Below are positions 36,936-46,237 of a stretch of 64,000 bases of DNA, piece after piece; the stretch's first letter is position 1; every line of letters starts with the position of its first letter. The stretch is from positions 8,082 to 72,081 of the forward strand of contig CAWHHT010000005.1 of NCBI GenBank assembly GCA_963829205.1, in the 5' to 3' direction. Both the position numbers and the translations under genes were made by a program. The DNA is from an uncultured Thermoleophilia bacterium (GTDB lineage: Bacteria; Actinomycetota; Thermoleophilia; UBA2241). Under the pieces are notes generated by a model. It was not told the DNA's origin, did not search any database, and saw only the letters and a program-made list of their open reading frames with translations.

Positions 36936-37352
36936 ATGGAAGTCCCCCCCTCGCAGCCACCTCGCTTCACCACGCGCCTGCGCGTGCGCTACGCGGAGAC
37001 CGACGCGGCCGGAGTCGTCTACTACGGCAACTACCTCACGTACTTCGAGGTCGTGCGCGTCGAGCTGCTGCGCGCCCTCGGTCATCCCATCACCTCGATC
37101 GAAGAGCGCGGCGTGATGCTGCCGGTGGTCGAGGCGCGCCTCAAGTACCTGCGTCCGGCGCGCCTGGACGACCTGCTCGAGGTCTCCGTGAGCGTCGAGT
37201 CCATCGGCCCGGCCTCGTTCGCCTTCGACTACGAGGTCACGCGCGACGGGCTGCTGCTCGTCACCGGCTGGACGCGGCTCGCCGTGTGCGAGCGCGACAC
37301 CGGGCGCGCGATGCCCATGCCGGCCTGGCTGCGCGAGCTCTTCGACCGCATC
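36936..37352 (+). CDS. YbgC/4HBT-type acyl-CoA thioesterase domain (no stop codon before the downstream rhomboid sequence)
   Basis: RLRVRYAETDAAGVVYYGNYLTYFEVVR...LPVVEARLKYLRPARLDD hot-dog fold. The frame stays open through a Pro-rich linker into the rhomboid N-terminus. Confidence 0.7.
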
Positions 37353-37457
37353 CCGCGGGACGGCCGAGGCGGCCCCGTGAGCAGCGTGCCGCCACAGCCC
37401 CCGGAGCCCCCGGAGTCGCCCTTCTCCGGCGATCTGCCGCCCGATTTCGACACGCGC

Positions 37458-38380
37458 ATGCCCGACGACATCGAGGTCAAGCACTGCTACCGGCACCCGA
37501 TGCGGGAGACCGGAGTCTCGTGCTCCAACTGCGGCCGCCCGATCTGCCACGAGTGCATGATCCCGGCGCCGGTCGGCTTCCGCTGCCCCGAGTGCGTGCG
37601 CGAGCAGAACGTCGCCCGGCTCGCGCGCCCGGGTCGTCACGCGGGCCCAGACGCGCTCGCGCTGGGGCTCCGGCGGCGTCGCCGGCTCCGGCGGGCTCTC
37701 GGCGACCAAGGTGCTCGTCGCCATCAACGTGGTGATGTTCCTCATCGAGGTGGTCACCGGCGCCACCGCCATCATGGGCGGCGGCTCGTCGCAGGCGCTC
37801 GTCAATCTCGGCGCCCTGTACTCGCCCTACGTGCTCCTCCGGCACGAGTACTGGCGCATGTTCACCTGCCTGTTCCTGCACGACGGCCTCCTGCACATCG
37901 CCTTCAACATGTGGGCGCTGTGGATCATCGGCAACTTCGTGGAGGCCGCCCTCGGGCGCGCTCAAGTTCCTCGTCGTCTACTTCGTGTCCGGCTTTGCCG
38001 GTTCCGTGCTCGTGCTGGTGGCGGCCCCGGTCAACACGCTGGTGGTGGGCGCCTCGGGGGCGATCTTCGGCATCTTCGGCGCCCTGGCCGTGCACGCGTT
38101 CCTCAACCGCGGCCGCGACCTGCAGTCTCGCGCCCTGCTCGGCAACATCGTGTTCCTGCTGGTCATCAACCTCGTGTTCAGCTTCACCGCCGGGTTCGTG
38201 TCGTGGCAGGCGCACGTCGGCGGCCTCGTGGTGGGCGGCGTGACGACGTTCGTGCTGATGCGCGGCGGCCGCAGGGACCCGCGCGGGTCCTTCGATGCCG
38301 TCGACATCGTGACCGTCCTGGCGATCGTCGCGGTGCTCGTGGCGGTCACCTGGTGGCGCGTGACGACGCTCGTCGTCTGA
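37458..38380 (+). pseudogene. Rhomboid family intramembrane serine protease with N-terminal zinc ribbon; 2 frame breaks
   Basis: CYRHPMRETGVSCSNCGRPICHECM...CPEC. Then LVAINVVMFLIE...EYWRMFTCLFLHDGLLHIAFNMWAL. Then LKFLVVYFVSGFAGS...GASGAIFGIFGA...AHVGGLVVG. Breaks lie near 37625 and 37958. Confidence 0.75.
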
Positions 38381-38449
38381 GCGGCGGGGCGCACCCGTGA
38401 CGCAGCGATCCGACGACCCAGGGAACCACGCGCGCCGCGACCTCCTCTC

Positions 38450-39650
38450 GTGGCGCCGGGGGCCGTGCTCGTGCCGGCCGCCGAGGCCAGCGCCCGCCTC
38501 GCCGGCCTGCAGGCGACCCTCGCGTCGCGTGGCCTCGACGCCGCGCTGCTCGTGCAGAACGCCGACCTCTACTACTTCAGCGGCACGGTCCAGCAGTCGT
38601 ACCTGTACGTGCCGGTCGAGCGGGGAGGCCACGCTGTTCGTGCGCAAGCTCGCCGAGCGCGCCCGCCTCGAGTCGCCGCTCGACGCCGTCGTCGAGCTGG
38701 CGAGCCCGCGCGACTTGCCGCGGCTCATCGCCGAGCGCTACGGCGCCCTGCCGCGGCGCGCCGGCCTCGAGCTCGACGTGCTGCCGGTGGCGGACTTCCG
38801 CCGCCTCGAGAGGCTCTTCCCGGAGGCGGCCTTCGAGGACGTCGGCCGCGACATCGTGCGCCAGCGCGCCGTCAAGTCGCCGTGGGAGGTGGAGCGCATC
38901 CGCGCCGCGGCGGCCGTGACCCTCGGCGTCTACGAGCTCGTCCCCGGCATCCTGCGCGAGGGCCTCACCGAGGCCGAGTTCGCCGGCAGGGTGGAGGCCG
39001 AGGCTCGCCGCCTCGGCCACGAGGGCTTCATCAGGATGCGCGGCTTCAACCAGGAGATGTTCTACGGCCAGCTGCTGACCGGCGCGAGCGGCTGGGCCTC
39101 CAGCTACCTCGACACGCCGCTGGCGGGCACCGGGCTCAGCGCCGCGATCGCCCAAGGCGTCAGCTTCAAGCCGATCCGCCGCGGCGAGCAGGTCGTGTTC
39201 GACTTCGTGACGACGAGCCAGGGCTACATCGCCGACTTCACGCGCATCTTCGTGCTCGGCGAGCTGCCGCCGGAGCTCGGCCGCGCCTACGACGCGGCCG
39301 TGCGCGTCGAGGCGGCTGTGGTCGCGGCGGCGAAGCCGGGCGTGACCTGCCGGTCCCTGTACGAGACGGCGCTCGCCGCCGCGGAGGCCGAGGGTCTCGC
39401 CGAGTACTTCATGGGGCACGGCGAGGGCCGCGTGCGCTTCATCGGCCACGGCGTCGGTCTCGAGCTCGACGAGCTGCCGGTGCTCTCGGCCAGCGACCTC
39501 GAGCTGGCGGAGGGCATGGTCTTCGCGCTCGAGCCCAAGTTCGTCTTGCCCGGTCTCGGCGCGATCGGCATCGAGGACACGTGGGTGGTCACCGGCGCCG
39601 GGCTGGAGCTGCTCACCCCGGCGCCGACGCACGTCTACGAGGTCGCCTGA
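38450..39650 (+). CDS. M24 family Xaa-Pro aminopeptidase; one frame break near 38625
   Basis: The N-domain (LAGLQATLASRGLDAALLVQNADLYYFSG) is in one frame. The rest (EATLFVRKL...KSPWEVERIR...DFVTTSQGYIADFTRIF...IGHGVGLELDE...ALEP...EDTWVV) is in the frame of ORF 38397..39650. Confidence 0.8.
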
Positions 39651-39775
39651 CGGCCGCGGCTGCGGCCGAGGAGGGTCGCCGGGAGGCGGCCACAGACGCT
39701 CGCCCGGAGGCGGCCGAGCGCGCACGCGACAACCGGGACGGCGCTCGCGCCGTGCCCTACGAAGCAGGAGGAGAC

Positions 39776-40570
39776 GTGGAGCAGATCGCCGCGGACACCT
39801 GGGTCCACCGCATCGACGCCGAAGGCTTCCCCACGGTGGCCACGGTGACGTTCACTGAACGCCGTGCATTCGTCATCGACACACTCATGCGCCCGCAGGA
39901 CATGACCTCCGTGAAGGCGTTCCTGGCGGAGAACGCCGGCGATCGCCGCGTGGTGGTCGTCAACACGCATCACCACTGGGACCACGTCTACGGCAACGCC
40001 GCCTTCGAGGGCGACGACATCGTCGCCCAGCGCGCCTGCCCGCGGCTCATCAGCGCCCAGATGGCTACCGCCGACGAGTCCATCCCGCTGCCGCCGCCCG
40101 AGGGCGTGCCGCTGCCGACGATCACGTTCGGCGACCGCCTCACGTACACCGACCCCGACGAGAGCGTGCACCTGATCCACACGCCCGGGCACAGCGAGGA
40201 CTCGCTCTGCGTCTTCCGCGCCGAGTCGCGCCTCCTGTTCGGCGGCGACACGGTGGAGTGGCCGCTGCCCAACTTCCAGCAGCGCGACGGCATGGAGGAG
40301 TGGGTGCGCACACTCCGCCAGCTCAAGCAGCTCCCGGTCGACCTGATCGTGCCCACGCACGGGCCGGCGATGGGGAAGAAGATCATCGACGCGAACGAGC
40401 GCTACATCACCGGCGTCTACGCGGCGGTCGCGAAGCAGAAGCAGGAGGGCGCCGGCCGCCACGAGCTCGACGTGCCGGCGGCCGGCCTGCTCGCCGACGG
40501 GGTCGAGCTCGACGACACGTATCGCAGCGCTCACCGGGCCAATCTCATGTGGGCGTGGGACGAGGTCTGA
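39776..40570 (+). CDS. MBL-fold metallo-hydrolase
   Basis: AGGAGGAGAC precedes GTG 39776. Motifs VVNTHHHWDH, TPGHSEDS, FGGDT. Confidence 0.75.
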   Translation: MEQIAADTWVHRIDAEGFPTVATVTFTERRAFVIDTLMRPQDMTSVKAFLAENAGDRRVVVVNTHHHWDHVYGNAAFEGDDIVAQRACPRLISAQMATADESIPLPPPEGVPLPTITFGDRLTYTDPDESVHLIHTPGHSEDSLCVFRAESRLLFGGDTVEWPLPNFQQRDGMEEWVRTLRQLKQLPVDLIVPTHGPAMGKKIIDANERYITGVYAAVAKQKQEGAGRHELDVPAAGLLADGVELDDTYRSAHRANLMWAWDEV

Positions 40571-40593
40571 GGACCGCTCCGCCCTCGTCAAAC

Positions 40594-40622
40594 TGGACAT
40601 TGTTGTCCTGTTCGTGTAAAAA
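40594..40622 (+). promoter_or_regulatory. AT-richer promoter-like patch with an inverted repeat, directly upstream of the Rrf2 gene
   Basis: TGGACA-17 nt-TAAAAA, and inverted repeat GGACA-TTGT-TGTCC at 40595..40608. GTG start at 40629. Confidence 0.3.
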
Positions 40623-40628
40623 GGGAGC

Positions 40629-41075
40629 GTGAAGCTCTCCACCCAAGCCGACTACGCCGTGCGCGCCGTCTACGAACTGTCGTGCCGGCCGCCGGGCACC
40701 GTCCTCCACACCTGTGATATCGCCGAGCGCCAGCGCATCCCCAGCGCGCGCCTGGCCAAGGTCGTGCAGGACCTGGCGCGCGCCGGGCTCGTGCGCACGC
40801 AGCGCGGGCAGCAGGGAGGCGTGATGCTGGCCCATCCAGCCGGCGAGATCACGGTGCGGGACGTGTACGAGGCCGTGGAGGGACCGATCTTGCTTTGCCG
40901 CTGCCGCCAGAGGGTAGAACGGTGCGGCGAAGATGTGTGCGACACCCACGAGTTCTGGCGCGGTGTCGAGATGCTCCTCTCTGAGGAGCTGCAGTCAATG
41001 ACGTTCGCGGCCCTGGCCGGTCCACGGCGACCAGCGCCTGGCACACACGGCCGCCCGCAAGCGACGAGGAGGTGA
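40629..41075 (+). CDS. Rrf2 family transcriptional regulator (IscR/NsrR-like, three C-terminal-half cysteines)
   Basis: MKLSTQADYAVRAVYELS...RGQQGGVMLA...LLCRCRQRVERCGEDVC. Confidence 0.8.
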   Translation: MKLSTQADYAVRAVYELSCRPPGTVLHTCDIAERQRIPSARLAKVVQDLARAGLVRTQRGQQGGVMLAHPAGEITVRDVYEAVEGPILLCRCRQRVERCGEDVCDTHEFWRGVEMLLSEELQSMTFAALAGPRRPAPGTHGRPQATRR

Positions 41076-41081
41076 CAATAC

Positions 41082-41315
41082 ATGGCTGAGATCAAAGAGC
41101 AGGTCGAGCAGGCCCTCGGCGACATCCGTCCGGCCCTCCAGGCCGACGGTGGCGACATCGAGCTCATCGACGTGCAGGACGGCGTCGTGCAGGTGCGCCT
41201 CCAGGGCGCTTGCGCCGGTTGCCCGATGTCCCAGCTCACGCTGACCAACGGCGTGGAGCGGCATCTGAAGAACGTGGTACCGGGAGTAGAGCGCGTCGAG
41301 AACATGGCGATGTGA
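41082..41315 (+). CDS. NifU C-terminal-like Fe-S assembly domain protein
   Basis: IRPALQADGGDIELIDV..GVVQVRLQGACAGCPMS; 77 aa. Confidence 0.8.
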   Translation: MAEIKEQVEQALGDIRPALQADGGDIELIDVQDGVVQVRLQGACAGCPMSQLTLTNGVERHLKNVVPGVERVENMAM

Positions 41316-41535
41316 AGCACGCCTCAGGCGCTTCCGCGGCCGGCGGGGTCACCAAAGGGTGGCGCCGCCGGCCGCTCGCATGTGTGCTCCGGCCGCGAAG
41401 GCGCTGGGGCGCGACGACGCCGGCGCGACGGGATGCGACGGCGCCCTCGGGAGCTCTCTCGGAAACTGGGAATATAATCGTCGCTCCAGTGAACCACCGG
41501 CCGTGGTGTGCTCTCGGCCGTCAAGGAGGGGCCGC

Positions 41536-43767
41536 ATGCGAGGGACGACCGACAACCAGTCGCGCGCCGACGAATTCCACGGCCGCCAGACCGTGAAGCG
41601 CACGACCGAGGCGGCGCACGAGGAGTTCATCTCCGAGTCCGGCGCCGATCTCGCCGGGATGGAGCTGCGCGACCCTTCCCTGTATCAGAACCGCGAGCTC
41701 AGCATGCTGGACTTCTTCGAGCGTGTGGTCGCCGAGGCTCGCGACATCAACAACCCGCTGCTCGAGCGCGTCAAGTTCGTCGGCATCGTCGGGTCCATCC
41801 TCGGCGAGTTCTTCATGGTGCGCATCGCCGGCCTGCGCCAGCAGGTCGAGGCCGGCGTGACCGAGGTGTCGGCCGACGGGTACACGCCGCAGAAGCTGCT
41901 GCCGCTCGTGCAGGAGCGCGCCTGGGGCCTCATGAAGGACGCCCGGGAGTGCTTCGCCGACCTGCTGCCGGAGCTCGAAGCGGCCGGCATCCATATCGTC
42001 GACTTCGCGAAGCTCGACGGCGGCCAGCGGGCGAAGCTGGACGAGTACTTCGAGAGCCAGGTGTTCCCCGTCCTCACGCCGCTGGCCTTCGATCCGGGCA
42101 GGCCGTTCCCGCACATCTCCAACATGAGCCACAACCTCGCCGTGCTCGTGCGCGACCAGAGCGGCGAGGAGCGTTTTGCGCGCGTCAAGGTCCCGGGCTC
42201 GCCGTTGCCGCGGCTCGTCCCGGTGCCGGCGCCGGCGGACTACGTCGCGCCGCAAGACGGCGAGGGCCCGCCCGACCAGTGGTTCACCTGGCTCGAGCAG
42301 GTCATCGCCGCCAACCTCGGCTCGCTGTTCCCGGGCATGGAAGTGCTCGAGTCGCACGCCTTCCGGGTCACGCGCGACGCCGAGCTCGCCATCCAGGAAC
42401 TGGAGGCGGACGATCTGCTGGAGACGATCGAGCGCTTCGTCCGCCGCCGCCGCTTCGGCTCGGTGATCCGCGTCACCATCGACGAGAACATGCCGGAGCG
42501 TATCCGCGGCATCCTCAAGGAGAACCTCGAGCTCGGCGAGGAGGACATCTACACCGTCAAGTCTCCGCTCGGCCTCAGCAGCCTCTGGGACCTCCAGCGC
42601 ATCGACCGGCCGGAGCTGTCGTTCCAGCCGCTCGTCCAGTCGACGCCGCCGCTCCTCGCCGACCCGGACGCGCCGGACATCTTCGCCGCCATCCGCCAGA
42701 AGGACATCCTGCTGCATCATCCCTACGACTCGTTCGACCCGGTCGTCGACTTCGTCGGCTCGGCCGCCGACGACCCCGACGTGCTCGCCATCAAGACGAC
42801 GCTGTACCGCGTCGGGCGCAACGCTCCGGTGGTGGACGCGCTCATGGAGGCGGCCGCAAACGGCAAGCAGGTGGCGGTGCTACTCGAGCTCAAGGCGCGC
42901 TTCGACGAGGAGAGCAACATCGGCTGGGCCAAGGCACTCGAGCGCGAGGGCGTCCACGTGGTCTACGGCCTCGTCGGCCTCAAGACGCACTCCAAGATCA
43001 TGCTCATCGTGCGTCGCGAGGGCGAGCGCATCCGCCGCTACGTCCACCTCGGCACCGGCAACTACAACAGCGTGACGACCAAGCAGTACACCGACCTCGG
43101 GTATCTCACCTGCGACGACGACCTCGGTGCCGACGCCTCGGTGGTCTTCAACTCGCTCACCGGCTACGCCACCTCCGGCGACTACCGCAAGTTCCTCGTG
43201 GCGCCGACGACGATGCGTCGCGGCATCGAGGAGCGCATCGATCGCGAGATCGCGCACGCGGAGCGCGGCGAAGAGGCGCATCTCATCTTCAAGATGAACT
43301 CGCTGGTGGACAAGCCGATGATCCGCCGGCTCTACCGGGCCTCTCAGGCCGGCGTCAAGGTCGAGCTCAACGTGCGCGGCATGTGCTGCCTGCGGACGGG
43401 CGTGCCCGGCGTGAGCGACAACATCACCGAGCGCAGCATCGTCGGCCGCTTCCTCGAGCACAGCCGCATCTACTGGTTCCGTAACGGCGGCGAGGAAGAG
43501 ATCCTGCTGGGCAGCGCCGACCTCATGCCGCGCAACCTCAACCGGCGCGTGGAGATCCTCTTCCCGGTGCGGGACAAGGCGATCCTGCGGCGCCTCCGCG
43601 ATGAGATCCTCGCGACGTACCTCTCGGACAACCTCAAGACGCGCGTGCTCCAGCCGGACGGCTCCTGGGAGCACGTCTGGCCGGCCGAGGGCGAGATGCC
43701 GCTCAACGCGCAGGAGTACTTCGTGGCGCAGGCGCGCGAGGCCGTGCTGCGGCAAGGCGACGAATGA
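41536..43767 (+). CDS. ppk: Polyphosphate kinase 1
   Basis: AAGGAGGG RBS, then ATG 41536. YQNRELSMLDFFERV, KTHSKIMLIVRRE, VHLGTGNYN, and the PLD-like C-domains. Confidence 0.9.
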   Translation: MRGTTDNQSRADEFHGRQTVKRTTEAAHEEFISESGADLAGMELRDPSLYQNRELSMLDFFERVVAEARDINNPLLERVKFVGIVGSILGEFFMVRIAGLRQQVEAGVTEVSADGYTPQKLLPLVQERAWGLMKDARECFADLLPELEAAGIHIVDFAKLDGGQRAKLDEYFESQVFPVLTPLAFDPGRPFPHISNMSHNLAVLVRDQSGEERFARVKVPGSPLPRLVPVPAPADYVAPQDGEGPPDQWFTWLEQVIAANLGSLFPGMEVLESHAFRVTRDAELAIQELEADDLLETIERFVRRRRFGSVIRVTIDENMPERIRGILKENLELGEEDIYTVKSPLGLSSLWDLQRIDRPELSFQPLVQSTPPLLADPDAPDIFAAIRQKDILLHHPYDSFDPVVDFVGSAADDPDVLAIKTTLYRVGRNAPVVDALMEAAANGKQVAVLLELKARFDEESNIGWAKALEREGVHVVYGLVGLKTHSKIMLIVRREGERIRRYVHLGTGNYNSVTTKQYTDLGYLTCDDDLGADASVVFNSLTGYATSGDYRKFLVAPTTMRRGIEERIDREIAHAERGEEAHLIFKMNSLVDKPMIRRLYRASQAGVKVELNVRGMCCLRTGVPGVSDNITERSIVGRFLEHSRIYWFRNGGEEEILLGSADLMPRNLNRRVEILFPVRDKAILRRLRDEILATYLSDNLKTRVLQPDGSWEHVWPAEGEMPLNAQEYFVAQAREAVLRQGDE

Positions 43768-44252
43768 CGCGCAGGATCTACTTCCTGCGGCACGGCAAGG
43801 CCGCGTCGCGCGCGACGTGGGAGGGCGACGACGGCCTGCGGCCGCTCACGCCCGACGGCGAGGCGCTGATGCGGCGCGAGGCCGCGGGGATCCGGCGCCT
43901 CGGGCTGGCTCCCGACGTCATCCTCACGAGCCCGCTGGTGCGCGCACGCCAGACCGCGGAGATCGCGGCCGAGGCGCTCGGCGCGCGGGACCGGCTGGTC
44001 GAGGACCCGCGCCTCGCGCATGGGTTCGACGGGCGCTGCCTCGAGCGGATGGCCGCGGAGCGCCCGGAGGCGACGGAGCTCATGGTCGTGGGCCACGAGC
44101 CGGAGTTCTCCGCGACCATCGCGGAGCTCATCGGCGGAGGCTACGTGGACATGAAGAAAGGGGGCCTCGCGCGCGTCGACGTGGGAGGCCCGGGACTCGA
44201 GGACGGCGTGCTCGCGTGGCTGCTCACGCCGTCCCAGCTGGCGGGGGAGTGA
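43764..44252 (+). CDS. sixA: SixA-type phosphohistidine phosphatase (histidine phosphatase superfamily)
   Basis: RIYFLRHGKA (RHG motif), ..VVGHEP; 162 aa. Its start overlaps the ppk stop (ATGA). Confidence 0.75.
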   Translation: MTRRIYFLRHGKAASRATWEGDDGLRPLTPDGEALMRREAAGIRRLGLAPDVILTSPLVRARQTAEIAAEALGARDRLVEDPRLAHGFDGRCLERMAAERPEATELMVVGHEPEFSATIAELIGGGYVDMKKGGLARVDVGGPGLEDGVLAWLLTPSQLAGE

Positions 44253-44256
44253 GGGC

Positions 44257-46191
44257 GTGGAGGTCGAGCTCAAGTTCACGGTGACCGATCCGGCGACTGT
44301 CGCTCGCCTCTCTCAAGCGACCGACCTCGCCGGGTACGGCGTGGAAGCCGGCGAACGCCGCCGCGATCGCGACACGTTCCTCGAGACGCCGGACCGGCGG
44401 TTTCTGGCCGCCGGCTACTACCTGCGCCGCCGCGAGACCGATGGCGGCGTGCGGCTGACGCTCAAGCAGCTCGCTCACGGCGCCGGCGGCGTGATGCGCC
44501 GCGAGGAGCTCGAGGCGCTCGTGGCCGCCGACGTCCCCTTGAGCGAGTGGCCCGAGGGCGAGCTGCGCGAGCGCATCCAGGCGATCGCCGGCGACGAGAC
44601 CCTGGAGCCGTTCCTCTTTCTCGAGCAGGAACGGCTGGCCCGCATCGTCACCGACGGGCGGCGCGAGGTCGCAGAGCTGAGTATCGACGACGTCATCGTC
44701 GCCGTGGAGGGACGCGCGAAGCGCTGGTCCGAGGTCGAGCTCGAGCTGCGCGAGGCCGGCACCGAGGACGACCTCGAGAAGCTGTCCGCGGCGCTGCGCG
44801 GCGAGCCCGGCATGGAGCCCGAGCCGCGCGCCAAGTTCGTGCGCGCCCTCGAGCTTGCCGAGCCGGCCGGGGATGGCGGCACGCTGCTGCCGCCGGCCGA
44901 ACGGGCCACTCACGAGGCCCACGCCGCCGGCGAGGGCGCCAACGCGCGTCGCGCCCTCGTGCTGCTGGCGATCGACGAGGGCATGTCCGCCGCCGAGGCC
45001 GGCGCTCGCGCCGGCCTCTCGAGCCGGCGCGCCCGCTATTGGGTGGCACGGTATCGCGTGGACGGGCTCGGCATCTACGTCGCCCCTCGCGACGGCGCGG
45101 TCGACATGAGCGCCGCGATCGCCACGGCCCGCGGCACGGAGGCCCCGGCCGGCGGGAGTCCGAGAGGTGGCACGGAGCGGCCGGAGGCGCCCGGAGAACC
45201 GCCGGAGGCCGACGCCGAGAAGAAGAAGCGCCCCGGCATCCTGCCGGCCGACACGATGGTGCAGGCGGCGGGGAAGACCTTCCGCTTCCACCTCGCACGC
45301 ATGCTCGAACACGAGGCCGGCACCCGGCTCGGAGAAGATCCTGAGGAACTGCACGTGATGCGCGTCTCGACGCGCCGCATGCGCATGGCCCTGCGCGTGT
45401 TCGACGAGTACCTCGATCCAGACGTGATGCGCCCGGTACTCAAAGGGCTGCGGCGGACCGGCCGCATGCTCGGCGCGGTGCGCGATCTCGACGTCTTCGG
45501 CGAGAAGACGCAGCACCACCTCGACGGCCTCCCGGAGGCGCGGCGCGGCGAGCTGGACGGCCTCCTCGAGGCCTGCCACGGCGAGCGCGAACGGCAGCGC
45601 GCGAAGATGGCCGCGTATCTCGACGGCGACCGGTACAGGGCGTTCATCGAGCGCTTCTCCGATCTGCTCGAGGGACCGGTGGAGCGCCTCGCCTCGCGCC
45701 CGCCCGCGGACCCGCGGCCCCAGCGCGTCGCGCAGGTACTGCCCGGGGTGCTGTACAAGGATATGGCCGTCGTGTGGGCCTTCGAGGGCCAGCTCGGCGG
45801 GCTGGAGACGCCGCTCCCCCGGTTCCATGCGCTGCGGAAAGCCTGCAAAGGGCTGCGCTATACGCTCGAGTTCTTCGAGGATGTGCTCGGCCCGGGTGCA
45901 CGGCCGCTCATCAAGAAGGTCAAAGGCATGCAGGACCACCTCGGCGACCTGCAGGACGCGGTCGTCACCAGCGGCGTCCTGCGCGACTACATCACCTGGG
46001 GCACCTGGCGGCACGGCGGCCACCAGCTGCCGGGGCCGATCGAGGTCACCATCGCCCCCGGCGCCGCGCGCTACTTGGCCGTCCGCCAGGAGGAGATGGA
46101 GCGCCTCGTCCTCACCTTCCCGGAGGTGTGGCCCACCGTCGCGGGCAGCGGCTTCAGCCGCGAGCTGGCGACGGTGATCGCCGAGATCTAG
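44257..46191 (+). CDS. CYTH (triphosphate tunnel metalloenzyme) - helix-turn-helix insert - CHAD domain protein
   Basis: CYTH ExExK motif: VEVELKF. HTH-like insert: GMSAAEAGARAGLSSRRARYWVARYRVDGL. CHAD: LHVMRVSTRRMRMALRVF...LRKACKGLRYTLEFF. Confidence 0.8.
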   Translation: MEVELKFTVTDPATVARLSQATDLAGYGVEAGERRRDRDTFLETPDRRFLAAGYYLRRRETDGGVRLTLKQLAHGAGGVMRREELEALVAADVPLSEWPEGELRERIQAIAGDETLEPFLFLEQERLARIVTDGRREVAELSIDDVIVAVEGRAKRWSEVELELREAGTEDDLEKLSAALRGEPGMEPEPRAKFVRALELAEPAGDGGTLLPPAERATHEAHAAGEGANARRALVLLAIDEGMSAAEAGARAGLSSRRARYWVARYRVDGLGIYVAPRDGAVDMSAAIATARGTEAPAGGSPRGGTERPEAPGEPPEADAEKKKRPGILPADTMVQAAGKTFRFHLARMLEHEAGTRLGEDPEELHVMRVSTRRMRMALRVFDEYLDPDVMRPVLKGLRRTGRMLGAVRDLDVFGEKTQHHLDGLPEARRGELDGLLEACHGERERQRAKMAAYLDGDRYRAFIERFSDLLEGPVERLASRPPADPRPQRVAQVLPGVLYKDMAVVWAFEGQLGGLETPLPRFHALRKACKGLRYTLEFFEDVLGPGARPLIKKVKGMQDHLGDLQDAVVTSGVLRDYITWGTWRHGGHQLPGPIEVTIAPGAARYLAVRQEEMERLVLTFPEVWPTVAGSGFSRELATVIAEI

Positions 46192-46237
46192 CGGGTCGCG
46201 GCGATGGCCGCGGTGCGGTCGACCCCAAGGGCCGGGT

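Noticed and set aside
35616-38243. 875-aa plus-strand ORF spanning the aminotransferase, thioesterase and rhomboid
   Set aside because: Its first 440 codons are an out-of-frame reading of the aminotransferase gene (R/P/G-rich). Only the segment from 36936 (thioesterase) onward is meaningful.
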